Source of the DNA: the human T2T-CHM13v2.0 reference genome, Homo sapiens
Reading direction: 5' to 3' (one strand)
NCBI RefSeq assembly: GCF_009914755.1
Contig: NC_060928.1
Length of the DNA: 64,000 bases
Each line of letters begins with the position of its first letter. The stretch's first letter is position 1. Positions 30,642 through 44,172 of the stretch are shown here, piece by piece. Position numbers and translations under genes: made by a program. The notes beneath the pieces were generated by a model. It did not search any database and had not been told where the DNA came from. It was given only the letters and a program-made list of their open reading frames with translations.

Positions 30642-31774
30642 AGGCTCATTTAAGTAGTTTATTTTCGATTCGAGAGGCGAGTGGTATTAAGGTCAGAATT
30701 ATAGTGAAGTATATTACGGATGCTGCTAGTCTAATGGTAATAAAGGGGTGGCTTACTGGCTGCCCTCCCATTCATGTAAAGACTAGTAGGTCTGTGACTA
30801 AGAGTCAGTATAGGAATTGACTTAGTGGGCAAAACATTATACTCTGCTGTTTAGATGTGTGAAGTGTAGGGATGGCTGCTAGAATAAGGATTGATAGCAG
30901 GAGGGCTAGTACACCTCCTAGTTTATTAGGCATAGATCGTAAGATTGCATATGTGAATAAAAAATATCATTAGGGTTTAATATGAGGTGGGGTGTTTAGC
31001 AGGTTAGCTAGAGTATAATTGTCTGGGTCGCTCAGGAGGTCAGGTGAAAATAGCATTAGAATTATGAGAGTGAGAAGGAGAAAGATTAAACCTAGGATAT
31101 CTTTGATTGTGTAGTAAGGGTGGAAGGTGATTTTATCAGAGTGGGAGGAGACTCCTGAAGGGTCATTTGATCCTGTTTCATGGAGAAATAGTAGGTGAAG
31201 GGCTGCTAGGGCTGTAATGATAAAGGGTAAGATAAAGTGAAGGTCGTGTGAGGGTAGGCTTGTCAACTGAATATCCACCCCAGACTTATTAGAGAAGGTT
31301 AGTTCCAACGTGTGGAATGGCTGATAGTAGGTTTGTGATTACTGTGGCCCCTGGGAATGATATTTGGCCTCATGGAAGCACATAGCCTATGAAGGCTGTT
31401 GCTATGGTTGTGGGTAGGAGAATAATACCAGTATTTCAGTTTTCTAAAAATAAGAATGAGCCGTAGTACAAGCCTCGGCCAATATGTAGGAAGACTCAGA
31501 TAAAAAATATTGAAGCTCCATGGGCGTGGAGGCAGCAGATGATTCAGCCGTAGTTTACATCTCGGGTAATGTGGGCGACTGAGAAGAAGGCGGTTGAGGT
31601 ATCTGGTGAATACTGTCCAGACAGGAATAGGCCTGTAATGGTTTGAAGGATTAGGCAGGTGCCGAGAAGTGAGCCAAGATTTCATCATATAGAGATATTG
31701 GATGGGGTGGGAAGATCAATGAGTGAGTGGTTAATTATTTTTATTAGTAGGTTTGTTTTACGTGCTGCGGTCAT
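30642..31774 (-). pseudogene. MT-CYB: MT-CYB pseudogene
   Basis: [24 protein letters not shown]...[11 protein letters not shown]...DPDNYTLAN peptide; frameshifts and stops. Confidence 0.97.
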
Positions 31775-31778
31775 TAGT

Positions 31779-31847
31779 GTTCTTATAGTTAAAATACAAT
31801 GACGGTTTTTCATATCATTAGTCATAGTTACAATCCATGTAGGAATA
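31779..31847 (+). pseudogene. MT-TE: mt-tRNA-Glu pseudogene
   Basis: gttcttatagttaaaatacaatgacggtttttcatatcatt...; anticodon TTC; lies between CYTB and ND6. Confidence 0.9.
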
Positions 31848-32373
31848 ATGACATATGCTTTATTCTTATTAAGTATACTTTTAGTTATAGGATTTGTAGG
31901 TTTTTCTTCTAAACCTTCTCCTTTTTACGGGGAGCTTGGTGTTAATAATTAGTGGCGTAGTAGGTTGTGTTATTGTTCTGAATTATGGGGGAGCTTATAT
32001 GGGTCTAATGGTCTTTCTGATTTACTTAGGGGGAATAATAGTTGTTTTTGGTTATACTACGGTGATGGCTATTGAGGAGTATCCTGAGGTATTAGGGTCA
32101 GGAACTGAAGTTTTAGGGAGTGCCTTGGTGGGTTTAGCAATGGAAGTGGCATTAGTTTGATGGGTAGCAGAGTATGACGAGGTGGTGGTAGTAGTTAATT
32201 TTAACAACATGGAAAGTTGAGTGATTTTTGAGGGGGAGGGGCCGGGGTTAGTTCCGGAGGACTCTATTGGTGCGGGTGATTTATATGACTGTGGAAGTTG
32301 ACTGGTGGTAGTTACTGGTTGAATGTTGTTTCTTGGCGTATATATATAGATTGAAATTGCTCAGGGTAATAGA
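31848..32373 (+). pseudogene. MT-ND6: MT-ND6 pseudogene
   Basis: MTYALFLLS...GFSSKPSP, frameshift ~31930, then [13 protein letters not shown]...[13 protein letters not shown]. Confidence 0.96.
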
Positions 32374-33485
32374 CTATGTGATTAAAAGTAAAGTTAGGAG
32401 GAATAGAATAAAGAAAGGAAATAAAATTTAATTATGACTTTTTGAGTGGTAGTAGTAATGGAGGCGGTGATTTGGGTTTGTGAAATTGTTTTAGGCATAG
32501 ATTTTTCTAGTCAAATTAAATCTAGTAGCAGTGAAGCCAGATTTTGGCTTACAGATAGATTTAGGTGAGGGGTTGTGCGGTGAACTGTGATGGGATAGAA
32601 TCCTAGCATGTTGGAGAAATTAAACGTGTGGAGTGGGGATTTTACTTTGAGTTTGTTGGTTATAAGGCTAAGCTCTAGAGCCACTAAGAATCCTAGAATA
32701 GTTACACCTAGGGCTGTAAGTTTTAGGTAAGGTGGCATTGTTGTTTGGGGAAGTGAGGTGGGGAACATACTATTGGTGATGAGAAATCCTCCGAATAGGC
32801 TGCCAATTGTGAGGCTTTTAATTGGGTTTATTAGGGCGGGAATATTTTCGTTAATATTAATTGTGGTTGGGAGCAGGTTTGTCCTGTTAAGGTGAGAAAA
32901 ATAATTTGAGCGCTATAGGTGCTTGTTAGGAAAGTGGCGATGAGAGTAATAGATAGGTCTCAGGCGTTGGTATACGACGCGTTTGCTGTTTCGATGATGA
33001 GGTCTTTAGAGTAGAAACCTGCAAGGAAAGGTATGCCTGTGAGTGCTAGGCTGCCAATAATAAGGGAAGCTGAAGTAAGGGGTAAAATTTTAAATAATCC
33101 TCCCATTTTCCAGATATCTTGCTCGTTGTTAAGATTAGGGATAATAGACCCTGAGCATATAAATAGTATGGCTTTAAAGAAAGTGTGAGTACAGACCTGT
33201 GGAAATGCCAGGTGTGGTTGATTAATGTTGATTGTAATTATTATTGGGCCTAGTTGACTTGAGGTGGAGAAGGCTACGATTTTTTAAATACCATTTTGTG
33301 TTAGAGCACAGATTGCTGTGAGTAGGGTAGTGATAGCCCCTAAGCATAGCGTGAGGCTTTGAATTAGCGTATTATTTTCTATTAAGGGGTGGAAGTGGAT
33401 GAGTAGGAAAATCCCTGCCACAACTATAGTGCTAGAGTGCACGAGTAGGGCTGAGACTGGGGTTGGGCTTTCTAAAGCGGAGGGA
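32374..33485 (-). pseudogene. MT-ND5: MT-ND5 3' portion
   Basis: [14 protein letters not shown]...[11 protein letters not shown] peptide; begins at the PSA.E.PTPVSA motif. Confidence 0.95.
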
Positions 33486-33562
33486 TTGATTCAGATTATA
33501 TGGTTCTTAGAGAGCCATGTTATTGGTAGTAGTATAATTGTGGGGATAATTATTTTTAGCAT
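33486..33562 (-). pseudogene. MT-ND4: MT-ND4 5' stub fused to ND5
   Basis: [23 protein letters not shown], then an abrupt switch to ND5 sequence. Confidence 0.9.
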
Positions 33563-33852
33563 TGGAGTAAGTTTAAATTGTATACATAGTCTAAGCCACA
33601 TGTGCTGGAGATCGAGACTAGTAAAGCAAGGCCTACTGCTTCCTCGCAGGTGGTGAACACTAACAGGGCAATAGGCATAATACTGATTAAGGGTGAGTGT
33701 ATATTTAAAGTTGTAAGAGTATTTATAATAAATAATGAGAATATTATTCCCTCCAGGCATAGTAGGTAGGATATCAGGTATGAGCAATAGATCAATATCC
33801 CTAGAAGTGAAATGGTAAATGCTAATACAATGTTTATGTAGATAGAAGGCAT
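33556..33852 (-). pseudogene. MT-ND4L: MT-ND4L copy, full-length frame open
   Basis: 98-aa [15 protein letters not shown]...LLCLEG...[11 protein letters not shown]...NLNLLQC with the 7-nt ND4 overlap. Confidence 0.96.
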
Positions 33853-33918
33853 TTGGTAAGTATGACTACCATAATCTAATGAGTCAAAATCATTTATTTT
33901 TGTTTAAACTACCTACCA
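33853..33918 (-). pseudogene. MT-TR: mt-tRNA-Arg pseudogene
   Basis: tggtaggtagtttaaacaaaaataaatgattttgactcatt...; anticodon TCG decayed to TTG. Confidence 0.88.
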
Positions 33919-34251
33919 TTTAGGCCCAGTCTAACCCCTTTTGAGTTCATTCATAAGTCAGACCTAGTACTAGTATAAGGGATGAATTAATTATTAGTGG
34001 TAGGTTGGTTGTTTGAAGGGCTCATGGTAAGGATAATACTAGGGCAATTTCTAAGTCAAATAATAGAAAGGTGATGGCAATTAGGAAAAATTTTATAAAG
34101 GAATGCGGGTGGAGGATAATAGATCAAACCCGCATTCATAAGGGTTAGACTTTTCTATGTAAGTATGGAGTTGTGATAGTCAGAATGTAATAATAATTAT
34201 CAGTAATAGGGCTTGCAAGGTGTTGATTATTAAAGCTAATGCTAGGTTAAT
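33919..34251 (-). pseudogene. MT-ND3: MT-ND3 pseudogene
   Basis: ATT start; gaaaagtctaacccttatgaatgcgggtttgat (EKSNPYECGFD); small deletions. Confidence 0.92.
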
Positions 34252-34315
34252 TACTCTTTTTCTAATGCTGTCGAAACTAATTGGAAGTCAACGGTACTGT
34301 TTATACTAAAAGAGT
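34252..34315 (-). pseudogene. MT-TG: mt-tRNA-Gly pseudogene
   Basis: actcttttagtataaacagtaccgttgacttccaa...aaagagta; anticodon TCC. Confidence 0.88.
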
Positions 34316-34830
34316 AAGATCCTCATCAGTAGATAGAAACATACAGGAATAGTCATACTACACCTACAAAGTGCCAGTATCAAGTGGTGGCTTCGAAGCC
34401 AAAGTGGTGATTGGATGTGAAGTGACATAGCAATTGGCGGATAAGGCAGGTGGTAAGGAATGTTGATCCGATGATGACATGAAATCCGTGAAAGCCTGTG
34501 ACTATAAAAAATGTTGAGCCATAGACCCTGTCAGAAATAATAAAGTGGGCCTCAAAGTATTCTGAGATTTGTAGGAGGGTGAAGTAGATACCTAATATGA
34601 TTGTGATAAGTAGTGCTTGAATTACTTGTTTTCTATTAGACTGTGATGGGCTCAAGTAATTGAAACTCCTGATATGAGCAATACAGATGTGTTCAGGAGT
34701 GGTACTTCTAGGGGGTTTAGAGGAGTAATGCCTGTTGGGGGTCAATGTCCTCCTAACTCTGGAGTAGGGGCTAAGCTAGAATGATAAAATGCTCAGAAGA
34801 ACCCAGCGAAGAAAAAGACTTCTGAAATAA
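34316..34830 (-). pseudogene. MT-CO3: MT-CO3 3' part
   Basis: [23 protein letters not shown]...[21 protein letters not shown]...HHFGFEA. Confidence 0.96.
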
Positions 34831-37800
34831 GCTTGGAGGAATGGAAAAGCAAATATCCTATGTTTTCACTTATAAGTGGAAGCTAAGCCAGAAGGATGCA
34901 AAGGCATAAGAATGTAGTAGATTTTGGGGACTCAAGGGAAATGGTGGGAGGGCTGTAAGGGATAAACAAGTACATTTTGGGTAGAGAGTACACTGCTTGG
35001 GTGACAGATGAACTAAAATATCATAAATCACTGCTAAAGAACTTACCCATGTAACTGAAAACAACCTGCACCACAAAAATGTTGAAGTAAAATAAAATAG
35101 AATAAATGAAAATAAAGTGAGCAAAAGACATGAACAGACACTTCTCAAAGGAAGACATACAAGTGGCCAAGAAATATATGAAAAAAAATGCCATCATCAC
35201 TAACCATCAGAGAAATGAAAATAAAAAGCACAATTATAACATATCACACCAGTCAGAATGGCTTTTATTAATAAGACAAAAAATAATCCTGCTTGTGAGG
35301 CTATGGAGAACGGGAACACTTATACACCATTCATGGGAATGTGAGTTAGTTTAGCCGCTATGGAAAGCACTTTGGAGATTTCTCAGAAAACTAAAAATGG
35401 AATGACCATTTTACCCAGCAATCTCATTACTGATTATATACCTCAAGGGAAACAAATCATTCTACCAAAAAGACCAAGAAGTTGCATGTTCATTACAGCA
35501 CTATTAACAATAATGAAGACATACAGTCAACCTATGTGTCCATCAGAGGTGGACTGGATAAAGAAAATGGAGTACATATACACCACGGAATACTACAAAG
35601 CCATAAACAGAATGAATGTCCTTTGCAGCAAAATAGGTGCAGTAGGAAGCCATTATCCTAAGAAAATTAACAAGGGAACAGAAAACCAAATACCACATGT
35701 TCTCACTTATAAGTGGAGCTAAATCTTGGGTACAAAAGGACATGAACATGGGAACAGTAGGCGCTGGGTAACTGAAAGTTGGGAGGGAGGAGAGAAAGGG
35801 CTGGAAAACTTCCTTTTGGATACTATGTTCACTACCTGCATGATGAAATCAATAAAAATCCAAATCTCAGCATGACATGATACACCCTTTTAACAAATGC
35901 TCACGTACCCCCTGAATCTAAAACAAAAATAGAATTAAAAAATGATACAGGTAGGTTAAAAGAAAATAATGAAAAGTTGGATAAGGCAAATGTTAATCAT
36001 GAGAAACCCTGTGTGGCTGTTTTAATATTAAACAAAAAGAGACATCAAGACAAAGAATAAGTCTAGACAAGGTTTTCCAAATTCCTCAGTGAACACTGGA
36101 GTTTCCTTTCCTCTGTTGACAGCAAAAGAGAGCATATGATGATAGTACATGTTTCAATTTAGCAAATAATTCATTAGAACCACAATATGTAGGCTCCTAG
36201 TAACAGCTCCAATTCACAAGGAAGTGGTACATTCAAGGATTGCAGCATGAGGTAGGAATGTCCAATATCTAAACAGAAATGGAATTTGAAGCTTCTGGTA
36301 ACACCTATCATGGTTATAATATTGTTTTATATTCTCCGTTGGATTATAAACACCAATGTGAATCCAGAAGAACGTGTCTTGCCATACTTGTGACAGACAG
36401 TATTAAAGATAATTTTGACTTTCTAGGGCTGAGTGGTAAGAGTTCTGGTAGCATTTGATGTCTTCAGAATTGTTTTCAGTAAATTATAACTATTATAACT
36501 TGGTTGAACATAGAGTATACCAATGTTCCATATAATGCTTTACAGTACTCTCACTGCTAGATGCTTAATCTATCTTTTGGTGAGGATCTTACTTATTCTA
36601 CAATATATAAATTTAAATGATGTACGGTAAAAAAAAAAAAACATTACTAATATGATCCAAGTGGTCCAACAATTCCTTCTCTCTTTGTTTTCTATTCCTC
36701 TGGTAAGACTTGAAAAGTCATGCTATATTGATGCTCCAATAAAGGCTTATGTTTAATCACTTAATTTGCCTATATTGGAAACATAATTTTGCTTTTCCCC
36801 CAGCTTTTATCACTGAAGCACTAATTGTATCCAAAAAATGCAAGCCTAACATCATTATTGATCTATGTAAATAGTGCTAAAATCACATTATAGAAAATCT
36901 TTTAAAAGTCAGAGTGCATCATGCATTAACAACTATTTTTACTTATTGCCATTTTAGGCAATTAGCTTTGTGATCACTATGATATTTCCCCATAGTATAC
37001 CAGGTATAAAAATCGCACAGAATTTATTACCTGTTTAAGGACAAGCATTTTAAATGAAATGCATTAAAAATGATTGAAGTAGTTCCAGTGGCTACATATG
37101 ATTATAAAGAAGTTTTACAGTAATAGAGGTAGTAAATTATATTACAGATCCATGCCTGCAATGTTTGAGTAGTGATGATAATAGCTATTCAGTGTTTTTC
37201 TTTTAGTTTTTATAAAGAGCATGTCCAACATATATGCCCTCAAGTAATTAAAAAAGGCAATAATATACAGCAATAATTAAAATACCATAAAGTGCTGCCT
37301 TCCAAATAAACAAATGCCAGTGTTTTATTAGGGAGTTTTGTAAAGAGTATAAAGGTCTTTGAATCATTATCACAAATGCCAGTCCAGGTTGAGTCAATAT
37401 GCAAATGAGATTGTGAGTCTCTGTAGAATTTGCAGTGCACTGATGCCCATCACAGGCTTAAGTATTAAAGAAATATAAATAGAAACTGATGAGCCTCACA
37501 TATTGCCGGAAGTAATTTTAAACGCTTTGCAAAAATAAGATAAAATTTCATTTAAGTAAGTTATCAGGCAGCAGAGCATAGTTAAAACTCATCGGCCTGT
37601 TCAGTCATAGACATGGTAATAGGTTGTATAATTTACTGTAAGAAGGATTTTTGCTTAATTCAGATGTTTTTTGATAGTTTCAAAGGCTCTAATGAGAGTA
37701 AAACTCCATCTTGTACAAATTACCCCTTCCGCATATTTTCCTAGTCTCTCACTGTAATTTTAGAGGTCAAATCACCAAGTTGGGGTTTTCATATTGTGAG

Positions 37801-38560
37801 AAACACATTGAATAGCTGGAAAAGTGGCTATTTACATAAAGTTATTTCCATAGGTAAATGGGATACCTTGAAAAATGTTTACATCAGTGGGAACAAAACA
37901 GTAGAAAATTGGAGAATAATGATTAGATTACCCTGAATCTATGGAAACAGGTACTTGTTCAAATAGCTCACTTGCATATACTCTCTTAATTATAGTGCTA
38001 CAGTAAAACTAAATAAAACTCAAGAATATTTATTTTATACCTAAAAGTATGTCATAGTCAGAAATCCTTCAGTTGCTTCAGTTGAAAATGACAACACTAT
38101 TTCAGCAGATTTGAGCTGAAAGTGAATTTGTTTGAAATATAATGGGAAATATTTGATACGACATACAGAATCAAAATTATACATTTAATGTCAACTATAA
38201 ATGAAAACAAGCTCAAAAAGTCAAGCTTTTTCCTTGATTAACAAATAAAATGTATTTAGCAGTAGTTAAAGGTGGTGATGCTTCAAATGTTGTTTGTTTC
38301 TTGGGTGATTTAAGGTGAAATTCCAGTTTTTAATGTTATGATATTACCAGTTATATGTTAACCAATTTTGCACTTTCTGTATGAAAGTAAAGAAAAAAAA
38401 AAGAAAAAAGAAAAAAGAAAAGAAAGAAAGATTTGCAATTGTCTTCAACACTACGTTAACCTCTTTACAGGAGCCCTGCACTGTAAGACAGTTCAATAAA
38501 AGAGCCAAAAGTCTACCCTTATTATTTTTCATAGCCTAATGATAAAGAAAATTGAAATAA

Positions 38561-38885
<325 letters not shown>

Positions 38886-39493
38886 CTACGTAAACAAAAG
38901 AAATATGCATTCCAGTAATCTTACATTTATCATTGATAACCAATTTGGTTGGATTCTCTTATAGGGGAAATTGTGTGGCATTTAATTTTCTCAATTTTTC
39001 CAAGAGTAGTAACAGTTTAAATCTTATGTTCACTCTTGTTCTAAATAACGTATTTGAAATAGTTGGCCATTGACTTGGCTTTGCTTTTCTCTCTGAAGTC
39101 ATTTGGCTGAATTCTGATTTTCAGTAATCGTCCCCAGAAAGGCATTTTCACTCTGATTCTAGTCTTTTAGCTGTTATTCTGAAAATAAAAACAACAAGAA
39201 AAAACATTGGTTTTATGAAACAAAAATGTGTTTTAGATATACTGTTTATTTTCATAATAAATTTGAAAATTAATGAGACTATTACATGTAAATACAAGCT
39301 AACTGCAAGTGGCAAAAAGCAAATGAGGTTCTCAAAGATTTTAAAGGCTTCTTATATTTTCTGTCTTCCTTTCTTTTTCCATTCCTGCCTCCTTCCTCAT
39401 TTCTTCGGCACTCCTTTTTTAAAATTTCTTTCTTCCTTATTGCAAGCTGAATAAATAGATGTACTTGATTATTGAGTAATTTCTTTGTTCTAA

Positions 39494-39813
<320 letters not shown>

Positions 39814-41439
39814 TAATTTACAAAACTCAGTTCAATTTATATTCTAAAGACCTTAATTTTCTTTTTATGGGTCAAGATCACCTTTTAAATAGAGACTTGT
39901 GATAGTTGAGAAACATAAAATTTATATGTAAAAACTGATGTGCAAGAGTATCCTTGATTTTCAATACATAAAAAATAATTTATAATGTTATTTAAAAACT
40001 AGTGATTTGTTAGTGTAAGTTGCTGTCATGATCTTAATGTTAAGCAAGTATCCAATGATTCTAACCAATCATTTTGAACTTTTGATCCAATATTGAAAAA
40101 GTTAAAATACAGATCTCTGTGTTACATTCTTATCAAATAATGCAAATACATAAAATAATTTTTATACCTTTGATTAATTATTATGTCTACCAAGAAAATA
40201 TTATTCTATATGAACACATTTTTTTTTAAAAAAAACTATGTTTCTTTGTGAAACATAAAAGTTTAGAATATAGGTCTATTTAAAATGGCAATATAATAAA
40301 TAAAGGCTATTAAATAATTCTGAGACCTGAAAGAATAATTATTGTTAGTCAAATGCAGTTCAAATATTTCAAGATAGTAAATAGCTGTGAGAAAGGGAAG
40401 GGTATTAGTTTATTGTTTCTTAATAGTTATAAATTGAAAATATTTTTATCCTTACCTCTAACTTCATAAATAATACATTTACCTGGTTTGCAAAGAACCA
40501 CATTGTTTATACCTGAACTACAATATCCAAGAATAAATAATTTCATATCATCATTGATTCAAATTTCTTGCTTGTAGCTATCTAGCCATTTATAAGGCCA
40601 CTAGAAGAAAATTAGACAATTATTATTTAACTCCTTTTTGTAAGGCCTACTCTTCAAATTTTTGACTATGCATATAAAAGTCTTATGTAACATGTATTAA
40701 TTTAGGCTAATTTGTATTTATATATATATATACAAATAAGTAAAATTATGTTGCTATGATAAATAGCTAAGAGTCATTCCATGTGAAAGTCATATTGAAA
40801 TTATTTAAAGCCCTTCCTCACTAAGCATGACTTTTTATTGCAAAGCACTGTTGAATATTACACTCTGTATTATGTCATCAGAGGTAATTTACCACTCCCT
40901 ACAATCTATCAGTTTAAGCAATTTGGCAAAGATCCTTTCAAAGAAATAGTCCTGAATATTCACAAGATGGCAGTAGTGTAACACTAATGTTAATAATGCC
41001 TGTCATTCAAAAACAAAACAAATATCTTGAGCTCCTAATCTTGAAAATATCTTCAAATACTAAACATGAGACGTAAGTGTAACTATAGAGCATATCGTAA
41101 AAGTAGATGAATTTGATATAAATTTAATACATTATGCCTACGGGAGGCAGCTTAAGTGCAATCATTTTTTCTTGTGTCAATTTCTTTTCTACTGACTTTC
41201 TTTTCATGGGAGAGTGATGCAAAAGAGTACTTTGGATCTTTAGCCTCTAATGCAAGCATGGTAAAAGAGAGTAAAATCCTGAATACATTTTCACAAATTT
41301 ATTTTCATAATTCCAACAGCAGAGTAAATTTTATATGAAACAAAAACAAACAAAAATTGTTACACTTTGTTTTCAAATGTTAATAGAAGTTAGGAATGAG
41401 TAAAATTACTCACCAAGGTCACTAAAATCAGAAAGACCC

Positions 41440-41585
41440 ATATAAAAATTGTGGCTTCTTCACTTTAGGTGTTACTTAAATTCTCTAAGGCTTCGTTTTC
41501 ATATATATAATGCAGAGGTAATAGGATCTACTTTTCAGAACAACCTTGGGAAACAAATGGAACATAGCTATTATTATTGCCATTG
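41440..41585 (+). mobile_element. MIR fragment
   Basis: gttacttaaattctctaaggcttcgttttc...ataatgcagaggtaata. Confidence 0.55.
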
Positions 41586-41671
41586 TTATTAATGTTTGAT
41601 GCATGTTTACAGCATATACTCAGATTGATGCATTTTCTATCAGTGTGAGATCTTTCCAGCAAAAAAAAAAA

Positions 41672-41710
<39 letters not shown>

Positions 41711-44172
41711 TTCTTATGTGCTTTTGTGGCAAAATTTACTGCATTGTTCTGGGACACCCACACTGTTTTTGTGTTTACCACCATTTCTCCAATTCCTTTC
41801 TATAGCCCATCTGAGTTATTCAGTCAATATTGGTTCCAATACCTGTGCTATTATCACAAAGATATTTCTCAGATGGGTTTTCGGTCAATTCTTCAATGAT
41901 ATTTATTTGGACTTATTCTTGTTATTCCTGTTGACCATTTGTTACTCTGAGAAACATTGGGGACTTCCTTACTCCTTTTCCTTAATATTCAGTCCATCTC
42001 AAAAAGAGTTTTTGAGAAAAAAAAAGCCTCAATTTTGTCTGTTTTTTTTTTTTTACCAATTTTCCAAATTCACATATATGTGCAGATTGATGACAAATAT
42101 TAAGAATTTTGTGTACTTGAATTTTTATTAGACATACACATAAAATATCTAATGTAGCATATATTGCTGTGCTTGGAGGTACTCTTTTCCATCCAAGGAA
42201 AAGTTTTTCCTAGTTGTTGGAAAAAACATCAATTGTGTAATATCAATTACTAAAGTATAGACGATATACAAAAAAGCGATATATAAAAATAATTCAGCTC
42301 TAAGAATTACCATAAAATAAACATATCGGTATAACCACTGCCAATGTCAAGAAGAAAAAAAGCATCCCACAAATGTGCTTTATGCTTTATCTAATCATTT
42401 CATCCTTCCTCATTCCCAAAAGCAAATCAGTACTGATTTTTAAAGCCATAGATTAGTTTTGCCTGTTTTTAAACTTCATATAAATGGAATCACATACTAA
42501 CTACATGCTTAAATTTGGGTGTTTTAGTCAAACTTACACTCATGTAATGAATCTTGATTTTTGTGTATAGTTCATTTTGTTTCATTGGTGCAAAATAGTG
42601 TGTTAAAGAGACAACTATATATAGGTGTGTGTGGATGTGTGTGTGTGTGTGTGTGTATTTATTATACAGTGGATGGAAACTTTGGTTGTTTCAAGTTTGT
42701 TACTATTATGAATAACGCTGCTATAAAATGATTTATAATTACTTTTGTGAACTTTTCTGGTGTATATACCTATGGATGAAACTGCTATGTCATAACATAC
42801 TGCATATGTTCAATTTTGTTAGAAAATGAAAGAATCTTCCAATGCCATAATATCAGCTTCTCAATAAGCAGTTTGTAAGACTTGAGTTTGCCTCACAGGT
42901 TGTTTTAATTTTAGACATTCTTGTGAGTGTGTAGTTTCATCTCAGTATAAAGTTTATTTTTATTATAAAACATATAAACATTCAAAAAACTGGAAAGTAA
43001 TATACAGTTAACTTCCACAGTCACTACATAAATTGTACAGTTAATATTTGGCAATATTTGCTTTAAAACATATCTATTCACCAATCATTCTCTGTGGCTA
43101 TCCATTGTCCCATCGTAAATTTTTCATGCAATTCAAAGTAAGTTACAGGCATCACTATAACAACTTCTAAACACTTTTACACGCCTATGACTAACTAGAG
43201 TTTGCTGCTTATGTTCTTTTTGATAGAAACGTATAAATAAATAAAATCCAAAATTCTTAAGTTTATCAATCCATGAATTTCAACCAGTGTAGGAACTATT
43301 TAAGTGAAAAGCCTGTAAAGATATAGAATAACACAAACACTCTAGAAATTTTTCTCATACCCCTTCCCATTAATTCCTGGCCTTACATCCTCCCAGGAGA
43401 GACAACCATTGTTTTGCCTGCTTTTGAATTTCAAGTCAATAGAATCATACTTAATATTTTTTTGGTAAGCCTTCTTTGCCTCATCAAAGAATCTGTAACA
43501 GCTTTACTTAGGTATAATTGACATTAAAAACTGCACATAGTAAGTTACACAACTTGCTAAGTTGTGACATATCTTCGTACCCTCTTGCAATCCCTCCTTT
43601 TTGTTTCTCCAAAATCCCCATTTTCAGAGAACCACCAATCTGCTTTTGATCACCCTATGTTTACAAAGTCTGGAATTGTAAGGGTGGTTAACACATGAAT
43701 TATTTTTTTGTTTTTGCTCATCTTAATTATTTTGAGATTCACTCCTATTACTATCTGTGCCAATTTTATTAATTATAAATAAATATATATTAATAAATAT
43801 TCCATCATACACACACATACGTATTATACACACCACAATATGTATATTTTTTCACACATTGATGGACATCTGTGTTGTTTCCATCTTTTGTCTATTGCAA
43901 ATAAAGCTACTGGAGACATTTGCATACACCTTATTATATAAAAATATACTTTTAGGTCTCTTGGATAAATATTTAGGTGTGGAATTTTGGAGTCACATGG
44001 TAGATGTAGGTTTGAAAGAGAACCTGCCAAGCTGTTTTCCAAATAAATTATAGCATTTTAATTCTAACCAGCATTGCATGATATTTCAGTTTTTGCACAA
44101 CTTACCAACATTTGATGTAGTCACTCTCTAATTTTAGTCATTCTATTATATGCATAGTAATAGATAACTGTG

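Larger units (their letters stand above)
29322..34830. other. NUMT: ancient nuclear copy of primate mtDNA
   Basis: Vertebrate mtDNA gene order with recognisable CYTB, ND6, ND5, ND4L and COX3 peptides, five tRNAs and control-region CSBs. Frameshifts and CpG decay present; flanked by L1. Confidence 0.98.
28967..35111 (+). mobile_element. Inner 5'-truncated L1PB1-like element hosting the NUMT
   Basis: TSD ataaagtg at 28959-28966 and 35112-35119; 3' UTR gctaagc...ggatgcaaaggcataagaatg at ~34880-34915. Confidence 0.78.
26950..35943 (+). mobile_element. Outer L1PB-like element with inverted 5' part (26950-28252 minus; 28255-28966 and 35112-35943 plus)
   Basis: ORF2 endonuclease-like peptide on minus (LNSTLDKLNLTDIYRIL); ORF2 C-terminal peptide on plus ([14 protein letters not shown]) continuing as [11 protein letters not shown] at 35130. 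Possible TSD aa(a/t)gataca. Confidence 0.75.

Noticed and set aside
29322-34830. Genuine mtDNA contamination or functional mitochondrial genes
   Set aside because: Frameshifts, stops, a CpG-decayed anticodon and L1 flanks continuing on both sides show a nuclear pseudogene.
41603-42131. 98-aa and 137-aa ORFs
   Set aside because: Low-complexity and T-rich composition, overlapping a TA microsatellite; no homology recognised.
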